From NCBI GenBank assembly GCA_945877765.1, contig CAMDWQ010000012.1, positions 1 to 64,000 on the forward strand: a stretch of 64,000 nt of DNA. Direction: 5' to 3'. Shown here in pieces: positions 36,139-46,825 of this stretch; position 1 is the first letter of the stretch, and each line of letters starts with the position of its first letter. Made by a program: the position numbers and the translations under genes. A model generated the notes under the pieces. It made no database searches. It saw only the letters and a list, made by a program, of their open reading frames with translations, and had not been told where the DNA came from. Source of the DNA: Candidatus Omnitrophota bacterium (GTDB lineage Bacteria > Omnitrophota > Gorgyraeia > 2-02-FULL-51-18).

Positions 36139-36196
36139 TAGACTAATGCAACAAAATATTGTTATCAAAAATTAGTTTTTTTATCATAAACGTGCC

Positions 36197-37417
36197 TTAT
36201 CCCGACACGACCGATGACAGTTTGAATATAGGCAAAAACATGCAGATGACAATACCGCCGATCACGATGCCCAGAAAAGCGATAATTAAGGGCTCAATAA
36301 GACTTGTCAGGCCGGCTACCGCCGAATTCACCTGTTCGTCATAAAAATCGGCAATCTTATTAAGCATTTTCTCAAGCTCCCCGGTCTGCTCTCCCACAGA
36401 GATCATGCGCACCACAAGCATTGGGAACACCTTGGTTCGTATGAGGGGGTCTGAGATATTTTCGCCTTCACGAATACTGGTGCGCACGGACTCTACAGCT
36501 CTCTCAATCACGGCGTTATCGGATGATTTACCGACAATATCCAATGCCTGCAAGATGGGGACACCGCTTTTAAGCAGCGTCGCCAGCGTCCGTGTAAACT
36601 TGGCCACGGCAACCTTTTGCACAATCGTGCCAAAAATCGGCGCCCGTAGCAAAAAAGAATGGAAGGCAAACCGCCCCTTTTCAGTCTTAATGTATCGCTT
36701 GATAAGAAAAATAGCCCCGATCACGCCGGCAATCCAATAGACAATGGTGTGAATCAGAAATTCGCTGACGTTGACCAAAATCTGTGTCGGTAGTGGCAGC
36801 TTGGCTCCAAAGTCTTCAAACATACCCTTAAAAACAGGCACTACTTTCACCAGCATGAGCACCGTGATACCGACCGCCATGCACGTCACAATGATCGGGT
36901 AGTTCATGGCCGACTTGACTTTATGTGCCAACGCGTCTGATTTTTCAAGATACATCGCCAGCCGGTCCATGATATCGTCTAGCGCCCCGGAAGCCTCGCC
37001 AGCTTTTGCCATGTTGACAAACAAAGGAGAAAAAATACTTTTGTGCTTGGCTAGTGCCTCGTGAAACGCAAGACCTGTCGTCAGATCCTTACGAATCTCC
37101 TCCGTGACTTTCTTAAAAACAGGTGATTCAATCTGGTCTCCCAAAATTTCGATCGACTGCACCAGGGGGATCCCGCTATCGAGCATCGTTGCCAATTGGC
37201 GCGAAAAGATCACCAGCTCCACAGATTTGACCTTCGGCTGTCCAAAACTAAATGGCTTGCCTCCAAGAGAGTCTTTTTTCTTGTCTGCTTTTATCGAAAC
37301 AGGGATCATCCCCTGCTTTCTTAAGTTGGCGCTAAGCGTTTTTTCATCCACGGCTTCACCGACTCCGTTAATGCTCTTTCCTGATCTATCTTTGGCAGAA
37401 TAGCGAAATTGTGGCAT
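36197..37417 (-). CDS. pilC: Type IV pilus platform protein PilC (GspF family)
   Basis: 406 aa with two T2SSF repeats. Confidence 0.85.
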   Translation of the reverse strand: MPQFRYSAKDRSGKSINGVGEAVDEKTLSANLRKQGMIPVSIKADKKKDSLGGKPFSFGQPKVKSVELVIFSRQLATMLDSGIPLVQSIEILGDQIESPVFKKVTEEIRKDLTTGLAFHEALAKHKSIFSPLFVNMAKAGEASGALDDIMDRLAMYLEKSDALAHKVKSAMNYPIIVTCMAVGITVLMLVKVVPVFKGMFEDFGAKLPLPTQILVNVSEFLIHTIVYWIAGVIGAIFLIKRYIKTEKGRFAFHSFLLRAPIFGTIVQKVAVAKFTRTLATLLKSGVPILQALDIVGKSSDNAVIERAVESVRTSIREGENISDPLIRTKVFPMLVVRMISVGEQTGELEKMLNKIADFYDEQVNSAVAGLTSLIEPLIIAFLGIVIGGIVICMFLPIFKLSSVVSG

Positions 37418-37420
37418 AGT

Positions 37421-39145
37421 CTAGTCATCCTCCGAGGTGGCTTGAATTACTTCATCCAGTGTGGTAACGCCCAAACAAAATTTCTTTAGTGCATCCGTCC
37501 GCAGCGTCGACATCCCTTGAGCGACAGCGTAATTCTTAATTTCGGCCGAAGAAGCTCCGCCTACGATCTTATCGCGAAGATTATCATCAATCGTCAAGGT
37601 TTCCACCAAACTCATACGTCCCTTATATCCCGTTTTGGCGCATTTATCGCAGCCTTTTCCACGCAAAAATAAACGCTTACTCTTGTCGGGTTGGATAAGG
37701 TCAATATCGACCTTAAGCTGAATAAATACTTCATCCGGAATTTCAATTTTTGTTTTACAGGCACTGCAAATGCGCCGGCACAACCTCTGCGCTGCCACCA
37801 GCACAAGACTTGAGGAAATCAAAAACGGCTCAACTCCCATATCCACCAAGCGAGTGATAGCTCCCGCGGCGTCATTGGTGTGAAGAGTGCTCAAGACAAG
37901 CTGCCCGGTCAAAGAAGCCTTGATGGCGATATCCGCTGTTTCGCCGTCGCGAATTTCACCAACCATCACCACATCGGGACTTTGGCGCAAAATCGCACGC
38001 AAACCGCTGGCAAAATCCATTCCTATTTCCGCACGCGACTGAATCTGGGTAATCCCTTTGACTTGATACTCAATGGGGTCTTCAATCGTAATGACATTTT
38101 TATCCGGCGTGTTGAGCTTGCTCAATATCGAATAAAGCGTTGTTGATTTTCCGCTGCCGGTAGGGCCCGTGATAAGAATCATGCCAAAAGGTTTGGCGAC
38201 AGCCTGAGCAAACGCATCGAGCGATTCGGGCAATAAACCCAAGTTTTCCAACCCGACACTCAGCGCACTTTTATCCAAAATACGCATGACAATCTTACTG
38301 CCAAAATACGTCGGAAGAATCGAGACACGAAAATCGACCTCTTTTTCCGGGAATTTGATTTTAAAGCGGCCGTCCTGCGGGATACGATTTTCCGTGATAT
38401 CTAGCTTGGACATGATTTTTAGACGCGTCAGAAGAGCACTTTGATTTTTTTTGGGGATCGTAAAGGCTTCAAAAAGCCCGCCGTCAATGCGGTAACGTAC
38501 GCGGATACGATTTTCATAGGGTTCGATGTGAATATCACTGGCCCTTTTTTTCAAGGCTTCCCGCAAGAACAAATCCACCATTTTTACAATCGGAACCTGT
38601 GATTCTTTGGAGCTCGACATCGTCCCGGTTTCATCATCGTCTTTCTTGAGGACTTCAAAATCTTCACTCGATTCCATTCCCTCGGCAATCTTGTTGACGC
38701 TGTCGGCTTCATTGATATAAAGCTTATCGAGGGCATCCTGAATATCTTTTTCGGCGGCAATGACGCAGTCCACCTTGCTTTTGGTTAAAATGGAAATGTC
38801 GTCCACGGCAAACACATTGAGAGGGTCCGCCATGGCCACCGTAATCTGACTGCCTATTCTAGATACCGGCACGATCTGGTGTTTGCGCGCAAATTTTTCT
38901 GGGATAAGTTTTGCCATATCCATATTAATTTTATAGCGGGCGAGATTTAAAAAAGGAATTTGAAGCTCTACGCTTAATAGGGAGGCGAGTTCTTTTTCCC
39001 CAATAAGGCCGTTAAGAACCAGCTCATTCCACAGCTTTAATTTTGGGTCGCTGGCGCACTTATCGAGGACCTTCTTTAGGTCAGCCTCTGGGACGCGCTT
39101 ATTTTTCTGTAAAGCTTCTAGGATGATCTGGCTTAAAATTTTCAT
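37421..39145 (-). CDS. PilB/GspE-type secretion ATPase, paralogue 1
   Basis: 574 aa. N-terminal GspE-N domain, Walker A GPTGSGKSTTLYS, Asp/His boxes, C-terminal tetracysteine. Confidence 0.85.
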   Translation of the reverse strand: MKILSQIILEALQKNKRVPEADLKKVLDKCASDPKLKLWNELVLNGLIGEKELASLLSVELQIPFLNLARYKINMDMAKLIPEKFARKHQIVPVSRIGSQITVAMADPLNVFAVDDISILTKSKVDCVIAAEKDIQDALDKLYINEADSVNKIAEGMESSEDFEVLKKDDDETGTMSSSKESQVPIVKMVDLFLREALKKRASDIHIEPYENRIRVRYRIDGGLFEAFTIPKKNQSALLTRLKIMSKLDITENRIPQDGRFKIKFPEKEVDFRVSILPTYFGSKIVMRILDKSALSVGLENLGLLPESLDAFAQAVAKPFGMILITGPTGSGKSTTLYSILSKLNTPDKNVITIEDPIEYQVKGITQIQSRAEIGMDFASGLRAILRQSPDVVMVGEIRDGETADIAIKASLTGQLVLSTLHTNDAAGAITRLVDMGVEPFLISSSLVLVAAQRLCRRICSACKTKIEIPDEVFIQLKVDIDLIQPDKSKRLFLRGKGCDKCAKTGYKGRMSLVETLTIDDNLRDKIVGGASSAEIKNYAVAQGMSTLRTDALKKFCLGVTTLDEVIQATSEDD

Positions 39146-40899
39146 GGTGCCTCCACGGCCTCGTCGGGGGCCGTCACGCGCATCACTTCTTCGGGAGTTG
39201 TCACGCCCTGCAAAATCTTAGCGATACCGTTCTCACGGAGTGTTTTCATCCCCTCTTTACGGCCAGCTCGTTTTAGTTCATACTCCTGCGCGTTTTTTAA
39301 TATCATGTTTTTTATGGTGGGTGTCATGGTTAATACTTCCAGCAGGACCGCACGCCCCGTGTATCCTTTTTTCCCACACGCTTCGCAGCCAACGCCGCGG
39401 GCAAACATCAACTTTCCGTTGAATCCAGCAAGCTCCTTCTCGGTGATCCCCAACTGCTTGATGGCTGCAGGCGGCGGCTCATACATTTTTTTGCACTTAA
39501 GACATACTTTTCGCACCAAGCGCTGGGACGCTGTCATCAGAATGCTGGAGGTAATTAAAAAAGGTTCAATTCCCATGTTAATAAAACGTGTGACCGCCCC
39601 CACCGCCGTCGTCGCATGCAGCGTACTCAATACCAAATGACCCGTCAGAGCGGCTTTCACGGCTATATCGGCTGTCTCCGAATCGCGAATTTCTCCCACC
39701 ATGATAATGTCAGGGTCTTGGCGGAGAATCGAGCGAAGCGCTGCGGCAAATGTCATTTTGACTTCCGCGCGGATTGCCACCTGATTAATCCCGTCCATCT
39801 GAAACTCAATCGGGTCCTCAACCGTCACAATATTTTTTTCCGGGCGGTCCAAAAGCTTGAGCGTCGAGTAAAGCGTGGTGGTCTTACCGGAACCAGTGGG
39901 CCCACACACGGCAATCATCCCATGTGGATGGGTAGTAGCCGCTTTCAAGGACGCTAAAGGCTCAGGCTCAAAACCTGACTTATCCAGATCCAGGACAGCA
40001 CCTGATTTATCAAGAACGCGCAGCACAACCTTCTCGCCGTAATACGTAGGCAGCACCGATACGCGAAAATCCACAAATTTTTGCCCGGATCGTAATTTAA
40101 ACCGTCCATCCTGCGGAATGCGGTGCTCAGCAATATCAAGACATGACATCACCTTAATTCTGGAAACAACACCCGAGTGCATTGATTTCGGCGCGACTAG
40201 GCACTCCTGGAGCAAACCGTCGATGCGTAACCGCACCCGCATCGTTGTCTCTTCAGGTTCAATAAAAATATCGCTGGAACGTCTCTTGACGCCATCCAAC
40301 ATAATCGAATTCGTCAGCTTGACAATCGGTTCGTCATCCACCATCTTAAGCAATTCTTGCGTTGATCCAACCGCATGTCCCGATGAAGCGCCGCCCTCCT
40401 CCACTTGAAGACTTCCCTCCTCATCGAAATCTTTCATTACGTCTTTAAGCGCCTGGCTAACGTTCTCACCGTAGTACTGATCGACAGCATCTTTCAAATC
40501 CTTTTCGGAAGCCAACACGCGGCGTATCTCCAGGTGCGTGACGCGCCGAAGATCATCGAGCGCGTTAAGGTCTCGCGGATCTATCATGGCGACTGTCAGC
40601 GTGTCCATCAGCCTTGAAACAGGAATTACCGAATAAAGCTGGGCTATTTTTTTGGGTACCAAAGCAATTACTTCAGGCTGGATTTTGTAGCGCATCAACT
40701 GAATGACCGGGACATCGAGCTCAGCACTGACAACCAAAATCATATTTTCTTTATTGATATAGCCTAGGCGAAGGAGAATCTCGGAAAGTTTTTCTTTTTT
40801 TTCTTTTTGAACGGCAAGAGCCTCGTCGAGTTTTTTTTGCGTCAGGATTTTTGTCTCAACCAAAAGCTCCGTCAACCTCTCTCGGGATTCAGTGACCAT
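39142..40899 (-). CDS. PilB/GspE-type secretion ATPase, paralogue 2, with an MshEN-like N-terminal motif
   Basis: 585 aa. Walker A GPTGSGKTTTLYS. N-terminus RLTELLVETKILTQKKLDEALAVQ fits the 24-residue MshEN c-di-GMP-binding pattern. Confidence 0.85.
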   Translation of the reverse strand: MVTESRERLTELLVETKILTQKKLDEALAVQKEKKEKLSEILLRLGYINKENMILVVSAELDVPVIQLMRYKIQPEVIALVPKKIAQLYSVIPVSRLMDTLTVAMIDPRDLNALDDLRRVTHLEIRRVLASEKDLKDAVDQYYGENVSQALKDVMKDFDEEGSLQVEEGGASSGHAVGSTQELLKMVDDEPIVKLTNSIMLDGVKRRSSDIFIEPEETTMRVRLRIDGLLQECLVAPKSMHSGVVSRIKVMSCLDIAEHRIPQDGRFKLRSGQKFVDFRVSVLPTYYGEKVVLRVLDKSGAVLDLDKSGFEPEPLASLKAATTHPHGMIAVCGPTGSGKTTTLYSTLKLLDRPEKNIVTVEDPIEFQMDGINQVAIRAEVKMTFAAALRSILRQDPDIIMVGEIRDSETADIAVKAALTGHLVLSTLHATTAVGAVTRFINMGIEPFLITSSILMTASQRLVRKVCLKCKKMYEPPPAAIKQLGITEKELAGFNGKLMFARGVGCEACGKKGYTGRAVLLEVLTMTPTIKNMILKNAQEYELKRAGRKEGMKTLRENGIAKILQGVTTPEEVMRVTAPDEAVEAP

Positions 40900-40901
40900 G
40901 A

Positions 40902-41345
40902 CTATTCCTGCGCTTTATAGGACCTTGCAATGGCATCATACACATCCGTGGATGTGCTGACGTAGACTTGTACCTTAAGGCCTGTGGAGGTCTCGACTTC
41001 ATTGAGCGCTTTCATGTTCAAAGGATCAGACATGGCGATGGTAAGAATGGACGCTACTTTATCAACCGCAATCATGCCGTACTGGCGCGCCATTTTTTCT
41101 GAAATACTATTTGCCACCTCGGAGTCAATTTCATAGCCGGCCAGCGGCAAATACGGAAAACCGTACTGAGCGGTAAGTGTCTGCGCTATCATTTCTTCGG
41201 TGGCATAACCAAGAGAAACTAAAACCTGTCCAATGAGGCCACCCTTGACCTGCTGGATTTTAAGCGCCTCGTCCAACTGCTCGCTAGTAATCATCTTCCC
41301 TTCGATGAGCAGCTGACCCAGTTGCTTTTCAATAATTTTCTTCAT
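40902..41345 (-). CDS. Standalone GspE-N / MshEN-like domain protein (147 aa)
   Basis: LGQLLIEGKMITSEQLDEALKIQQ matches the MshEN motif. There is no ATPase domain. Confidence 0.6.
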   Translation of the reverse strand: MKKIIEKQLGQLLIEGKMITSEQLDEALKIQQVKGGLIGQVLVSLGYATEEMIAQTLTAQYGFPYLPLAGYEIDSEVANSISEKMARQYGMIAVDKVASILTIAMSDPLNMKALNEVETSTGLKVQVYVSTSTDVYDAIARSYKAQE

Positions 41346-41531
41346 GAGGCCCCAGAAATAGTTTGTTTTACTTCAAATCATCAAAGTGTCGTATTTGTTA
41401 AGAATTATATACCATAAATTAAATATAATCAATAGTGCTTAATATAAATTAGAATTGAATTTTTTAAAAAATGACACAACCCATTTAATTTAAATTAGTT
41501 ACACTCTTTATTTGAAATGATTGGTGTGGGA

Positions 41532-42629
41532 CTAAAACAGAGGCCGATGAATCTTAATATTGATTAAGGTGGCAATGCAAATCATCGTCACAATCACCGA
41601 GGTCCCGCCGTAGCTGACTAGCGGCAACGGAACGCCAACCACAGGAAGCAGCCCCATGGTCATACCCAAATTAATGACGGTTTGAAAAGCAATCATCGTC
41701 GTCATTCCGCAAGCCAGAGAGCTCCCAAATCGCTCAGGCGTCTGGCCGGCTATCTGATAACCTCGCCGGATGATGAGCCAAAATAAAAAAAGGACGGTAC
41801 ATGAGGCGACAAACCCTCCCTCTTCCCCAATGACACCAAAAATAAAATCCGTGTGTTTTTCAGGCAAAAATTGAAGGCGGTTTTGCGTGCCGCTAAAAAG
41901 GCCTTTTCCAAAGAAACCCCCCGAGCCAATGGCAATCTTGGACTGGATGATCGTGTATCCAGCGCCCAAGGGGTCCATGCTGGGGTTCAAGAAAACAAGA
42001 ATGCGGGAGCGCTGATAATCTTTTAAAAATAGAATCAATAGAGGCGCTGCCAGGATTCCCAAACCTATCATCAAAAGAATTTTTTTGGCGCTGTACCCCC
42101 AAAGATAAAGCATCGATAAAAAAATGGGGATAAGAATCAGACCTGTTCCCAAATCAGGCTCTTTAAGAATCAATAGAAACGGCACCGCCACAATCAGGAA
42201 CGCCTGGGCAAGACGCGCTTTAGAAATAAATTCGGGGCGGTTGTTGGAGAAAAAACGCGCCAGCATCAATATCACCGCAAGCTTGGCGATTTCCGACGGC
42301 TGAATATTAAAAACTCCCCCAATACTGATCCAGCGGTGCGCCCCCAAACGTGCGGGCACAAAAAATACCGCTAGCAAGAGAAGCAAGCTAAAGAGGTACA
42401 CCGGCCACGCCCAATCCACGAGACGAAAATAATCGGTTCGGGCAATCAGAAACACAAGCAGAATTCCGATTCCCATCCACAGCATCTGCTTCACCGCTAA
42501 AGTCTGCTGAATCATTTCATGCGCTTTAAAAGAAGCGCTGTAAATACTTAAGATTCCGATGATGAAAATCAACACCGGGGTCAAAAATAGAACCTTGTCA
42601 AAATTTTTAAAATAGACTCTTTTTCGCAT
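41532..42629 (-). CDS. rodA: Rod shape-determining protein RodA (FtsW/RodA/SpoVE family)
   Basis: 365 aa, 10 TM helices, downstream of the PBP2 gene. Confidence 0.85.
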   Translation of the reverse strand: MRKRVYFKNFDKVLFLTPVLIFIIGILSIYSASFKAHEMIQQTLAVKQMLWMGIGILLVFLIARTDYFRLVDWAWPVYLFSLLLLLAVFFVPARLGAHRWISIGGVFNIQPSEIAKLAVILMLARFFSNNRPEFISKARLAQAFLIVAVPFLLILKEPDLGTGLILIPIFLSMLYLWGYSAKKILLMIGLGILAAPLLILFLKDYQRSRILVFLNPSMDPLGAGYTIIQSKIAIGSGGFFGKGLFSGTQNRLQFLPEKHTDFIFGVIGEEGGFVASCTVLFLFWLIIRRGYQIAGQTPERFGSSLACGMTTMIAFQTVINLGMTMGLLPVVGVPLPLVSYGGTSVIVTMICIATLINIKIHRPLF

Positions 42630-42650
42630 CGCACCCGCCTGTTGCTTTTT

Positions 42651-44393
42651 TTATAAATAATTCTCTTTTTTCAAAAAACCAAAAATTTCATGCGCCACTG
42701 AAGCGGCCGCAACGCCTCCATGGCCCCCGTGTTCAATCAATACCACCATCGCCACTTTGGGTTTTTCTGCAGGAGCATACCCTACAAACCACGCATGGTC
42801 CTCTGGTTGTCCTGATTGAGATGTCCCGGTTTTCCCCGCTACCCTCACCCCCGGATACCTTGCCAGACGACCCGTGCCAGTCTCCGTATTCACCGCCGCG
42901 TCCAGGCCCTTTTTGACCGCCTCTAAATAGGCGGGTGTCATTGGTACGCGGACACCATGACGCTCAGAAACTTTGACGCCGTCGATCTTATGCAAAACAT
43001 GAGGCGCTAGCCGGTCGCCATTGGTCGCCAACGCCGCCGTCATTACCAGCGCCTGCAGCGGCGTCACTTGGAGGAAGCCTTGCCCAATCGCTAAATTGGC
43101 CGTGTCACCGTCATACCAGGCCTGATTTTTTTTCTTTTTCTTCCATTCACGATTAGGAACAAAACCGATCCCCTCGCCGGGCAAATCAATCCCAGATTTT
43201 TGTGAAAATCCAAACTCTACCGCCTTAGAATAAATGGACTCCGATCCGGCCGAAATACCGGTAAGATAAAAATAGACATCGCAAGAATGCGCCAAAGCCT
43301 CGGTCAGCCGTTGGGCTCCATGGCCGGAATGATCCCAGCAATTAAAACGTTTTCCCCCAACCAAAAGAAAGCCCGGGCAATGAAAGGAGGCTGTGCTTTT
43401 AAGCTTTCCATTTTCAAGCCCCGCTAAAGCCGTGATCATTTTAAAAATAGACCCTGGCGGAAACTGGCCTCGTATCCCGCGGTTCATCATGGGGGAATGG
43501 ACAGCCTGCAAATAACGGCCTACCTCTTTTCGGCCGCGCGTGGATGCAAATAAATTAGAGTCAAAAGAAGGCGCGCTATTCATCGCAAGAATCCCGCCTT
43601 CCCCAAGCTCCATGACGATCACCGATCCCTTCTTATTCCTGAGAAGGTCTTGAGTAAATTTCTGAAGTTCCGCGTCTACGGTCAGTTCCACATTGCGGCC
43701 GTCGCGCGGCTCCCGCACTCCCAAAGACCTCATGAAGCGGCCACGGCTGTTGACTTCCATTTGAATTCCGCCGGCCCTGCCATGCAAATAATTTTCGTAA
43801 AATTTTTCAACACCGTCGCGCCCCACCCAATCCGTGGGCCGGTACTCCAACGGGTCAATAGCCTCTTTCTCCTGGTCCGTCATCGGACCCGTATAACCCA
43901 AAAGATGCGCCGCCGAGTCACGGTAAGGATATTCTCTTTGTGGCCTCGTCTCAATCAGAACGCCGGGCATCGAATCGAGCATTTCTTCAATCGTAATGGC
44001 TTCGGCCAGAGAAATATCCTCCGCCAAAATTACCGACTGAAAAGCACCTGCCTTGCTCTTTTTAAAAGACTCTTCCAGGCGAAGCTCGTCAACCTTCAAC
44101 ACGGGGCTGATCACGCGAATCGTCTCATGAATTGTACTCTTAGCTTCCCGGGGAATGACCGTGCAATTAAACGAAAGCCGGCTGGCTGCTATCGTGCGTC
44201 CTTTGCGGTCTAAAATCTTTCCCCGCGGCGGCTCAAGGTAAAGCACTCGGAGGCGATTTTTTTCGGATAGTTCGTAATAGTACGAGCCTTTCAACACCTG
44301 AAGACGGAACAAGCTGATAAAAATAATAAAAATAAGGATAAAAATAAAAAGAGAGAGCCGCCCTGCTCTAATTTCACCCTTTTGATAAACCAT
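42651..44393 (-). CDS. mrdA: Penicillin-binding protein 2 (MrdA)
   Basis: N-terminal TM helix, dimerisation domain, and a transpeptidase domain with SIFK (SxxK) and KTGT motifs. Confidence 0.85.
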   Translation of the reverse strand: MVYQKGEIRAGRLSLFIFILIFIIFISLFRLQVLKGSYYYELSEKNRLRVLYLEPPRGKILDRKGRTIAASRLSFNCTVIPREAKSTIHETIRVISPVLKVDELRLEESFKKSKAGAFQSVILAEDISLAEAITIEEMLDSMPGVLIETRPQREYPYRDSAAHLLGYTGPMTDQEKEAIDPLEYRPTDWVGRDGVEKFYENYLHGRAGGIQMEVNSRGRFMRSLGVREPRDGRNVELTVDAELQKFTQDLLRNKKGSVIVMELGEGGILAMNSAPSFDSNLFASTRGRKEVGRYLQAVHSPMMNRGIRGQFPPGSIFKMITALAGLENGKLKSTASFHCPGFLLVGGKRFNCWDHSGHGAQRLTEALAHSCDVYFYLTGISAGSESIYSKAVEFGFSQKSGIDLPGEGIGFVPNREWKKKKKNQAWYDGDTANLAIGQGFLQVTPLQALVMTAALATNGDRLAPHVLHKIDGVKVSERHGVRVPMTPAYLEAVKKGLDAAVNTETGTGRLARYPGVRVAGKTGTSQSGQPEDHAWFVGYAPAEKPKVAMVVLIEHGGHGGVAAASVAHEIFGFLKKENYL

Positions 44394-44865
44394 GACTGAC
44401 CTTTTTTAGAAAAAAGAAAATAACCGGACAAGCTGCCAGCATACTGAGGATGTCCCATGGCAGCAAACTCTCCCGATAGATACCAAAATCCCGCCCGTCG
44501 CCTTGAGAAAAATAAAAAATTAGAAATCTAAAAAAAACAAAAAAATAAAAGGCTAAAAGCGGCATCAAAAAAGTAATAAAAAAACTTTCCCTGAAAAAAG
44601 TCTTTGTGCCCCGCCCAAAAATAAAACCCGTCGCGGCAAAAACAACCATCTCGGACCCCATCCGCCCCACACCAAAAACCTCAAGCAAAAGACCGGCATA
44701 CAAGCCCAGCAGCGCCCCAAACAAGGGGCCTTCGGAAAAAGCAAAAAAAAGAACGCCGCAAATCAAAAGAATGGGCGTTTTCTGAGGAAAAAATGAACCG
44801 ACGGCATTTTGCGCCATGAATAAAACAAGCACCCAAAAAAAAGGAAATATTTTTTTAGGATTCAT
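44374..44865 (-). CDS. mreD: Rod shape-determining protein MreD
   Basis: Small polytopic membrane protein sitting between mreC and mrdA. Confidence 0.6.
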   Translation of the reverse strand: MNPKKIFPFFWVLVLFMAQNAVGSFFPQKTPILLICGVLFFAFSEGPLFGALLGLYAGLLLEVFGVGRMGSEMVVFAATGFIFGRGTKTFFRESFFITFLMPLLAFYFFVFFRFLIFYFSQGDGRDFGIYRESLLPWDILSMLAACPVIFFFLKKVSHGLSKG

Positions 44866-45656
44866 CGCACATCCGGAATTGCGACTTCTTCGAGTTTTCC
44901 TAAATCAGTCAGAAGTTTCACCTGGGCTGTCTGATAGATCTGGCCAGGCTCCTTCCATACACCCGTCACCACCCCCACCGGAATCCCTTTGGGAAAATAG
45001 AGGCCCAGCCCCGCCGTCTGGACACGATCACCCGCCTTGATATCTGCCCCCATTGAAATATATTTCATGCGGCACTCGCCTGAAAGGGTGCCAAAAAGAA
45101 TTCCCTGCTGTTTTGTCCGCTCTATTAGCACACCGATTTTACAATTGGGATCCGTTAAAAGAATCGCTTTGGACGCACCCTCTCTGACTTCTATGATTTT
45201 ACCTGCCAGCGCTTCTTGTGAAAAAACGGGCAGATTTTCGCGCATTCCATCTTCATAGCCCTTATCCACCCAAAACGTTCGGTTCCACGCCAACGGTGAC
45301 CGAGCAATCACCCGCGCAAAAAAAACATGATCAGCGCCGTGAGCCAAAGAGGGTTTGAGTTCCAATAATTGGGTCAGACGCTCGTTTTCGACACGGATTT
45401 CTTTGGATTGAAGACTCTCCAGCCGATCCCGGGCAATGCTCTGTCGGTAGGTCCTATTTTCTTGGGCATTTCTACGAAAATAAAATAGATCGCCAAGCCA
45501 ACTGGCAGCATCGTTTGAAATACTCAAAGGTCCTTTGAGAAACATAAAAAGACTCCCACGAATTTCCGGGGAAATAGCGGTCGGAAGGAGGGCTAAAACA
45601 GCTAAAAAAATTCCCGCGATAAAAATAAAACGCGTGGGCTTAGCCTGGGAGCCCAT
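44862..45656 (-). CDS. mreC: Rod shape-determining protein MreC
   Basis: N-terminal TM helix, coiled coil, beta-rich periplasmic domain, in operon context. Confidence 0.8.
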   Translation of the reverse strand: MGSQAKPTRFIFIAGIFLAVLALLPTAISPEIRGSLFMFLKGPLSISNDAASWLGDLFYFRRNAQENRTYRQSIARDRLESLQSKEIRVENERLTQLLELKPSLAHGADHVFFARVIARSPLAWNRTFWVDKGYEDGMRENLPVFSQEALAGKIIEVREGASKAILLTDPNCKIGVLIERTKQQGILFGTLSGECRMKYISMGADIKAGDRVQTAGLGLYFPKGIPVGVVTGVWKEPGQIYQTAQVKLLTDLGKLEEVAIPDVR

Positions 45657-45665
45657 GAAGGGGAC

Positions 45666-46739
45666 CTAGTTTTCGATAGTGCGGTTGGCCGAAACGGTTA
45701 CGCGCTTAAGATACTTAATTTCACTTAAAATTTTGCCCGTTCCTAAAGCCACGGCAGTCAGTGGGTTTTCAGCCAAATGGACTGGCAAACCTGTTTCTTC
45801 GGAAATAAGTTTATCGAGCCCGCGAATCAGAGAGCTGCCGCCGGCCATGACAATTCCGCGGTCAATTAAATCTGCGCAAAGCTCGGGCGGAGTACGCTCA
45901 AGTGTCACACGCACCGCTTCGATAATGTACTGAATAGGTTCGGCCAAGGCCTCACGCACTTCTTCGGAAGTGATCTTTACCATTTTAGGAAGGCCTGAGA
46001 CGAGGTCACGTCCGCGAATTTCCATCGAAAGCTCTTCGTCAAGAGGATAAGCGGAGCCAATTTTTATTTTGATTTCTTCAGAGGTTCTTTCACCAATCAT
46101 CAAATTGTAGGTTTTTTTCACATGCTCGACAATCGCCTGGTCCATTTCGTCGCCGCCGATGCGGATACTCCGTGAAAATACAACACCCGCCAGCGAGATC
46201 ACCGCCATCTCTGCCGTACCGCCGCCGATGTCAATAATCATGCTTCCGGCTGGCTCTTGAATCGGCAGGCCCACGCCAATCGCTGCGGCCATCGGCTCCT
46301 CCACCAAATAAACTTCACGTGCGCCGGCATGCAGCGCAGAATCACGCACGGCTCTTTTTTCAACTTCTGTAATTCCTGAGGGAATTGCGATCACCATGCG
46401 AGGGCGAACAAACCGCTTGCGATTATGAACTTTGTTGATGAAATAGCGGAGCATGCTTTCGGTGATCTCAAAATCGGCGATGACACCGTCTTTCATGGGC
46501 CGGATCGCGACGATAGAACCAGGAGTGCGGCCCAGCATTCGTTTGGCTTCATCGCCAACAGCAAGAACTTCACTGGTCCCCTTGCGGATGGCGACTACGG
46601 AAGGTTCGCAGAGAACAATCCCCTGGCCCTTGACGTTGACCAGCGTGTTAGCTGTCCCCAAATCAATTCCCATGTCATTGGAAAAAAATCCGAGTACCCA
46701 ATCGCTGATTGCCTGAAAAAAATTAACTGATTTTTTCAA
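45666..46739 (-). CDS. mreB: Rod shape-determining protein MreB
   Basis: Actin-like fold: [10 protein letters not shown], and [11 protein letters not shown]. Confidence 0.9.
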   Translation of the reverse strand: MKKSVNFFQAISDWVLGFFSNDMGIDLGTANTLVNVKGQGIVLCEPSVVAIRKGTSEVLAVGDEAKRMLGRTPGSIVAIRPMKDGVIADFEITESMLRYFINKVHNRKRFVRPRMVIAIPSGITEVEKRAVRDSALHAGAREVYLVEEPMAAAIGVGLPIQEPAGSMIIDIGGGTAEMAVISLAGVVFSRSIRIGGDEMDQAIVEHVKKTYNLMIGERTSEEIKIKIGSAYPLDEELSMEIRGRDLVSGLPKMVKITSEEVREALAEPIQYIIEAVRVTLERTPPELCADLIDRGIVMAGGSSLIRGLDKLISEETGLPVHLAENPLTAVALGTGKILSEIKYLKRVTVSANRTIEN

Positions 46740-46825
46740 AAAATTCTTCTTTTTTTTATGAATAAAATTGTGAGATTACTCGCCAGACCAGGCTTCCTCG
46801 ATCGGACTGCTGATTATAGCAATGG

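Noticed and set aside
35954-36196. Sigma54 (-24 TGGCAC / -12 TTGC) promoter upstream of the pilin gene
   Set aside because: The only GGCAC match has no TTGC at the right spacing and lies inside the pilC 3' end. A near-consensus sigma70 promoter is present instead.
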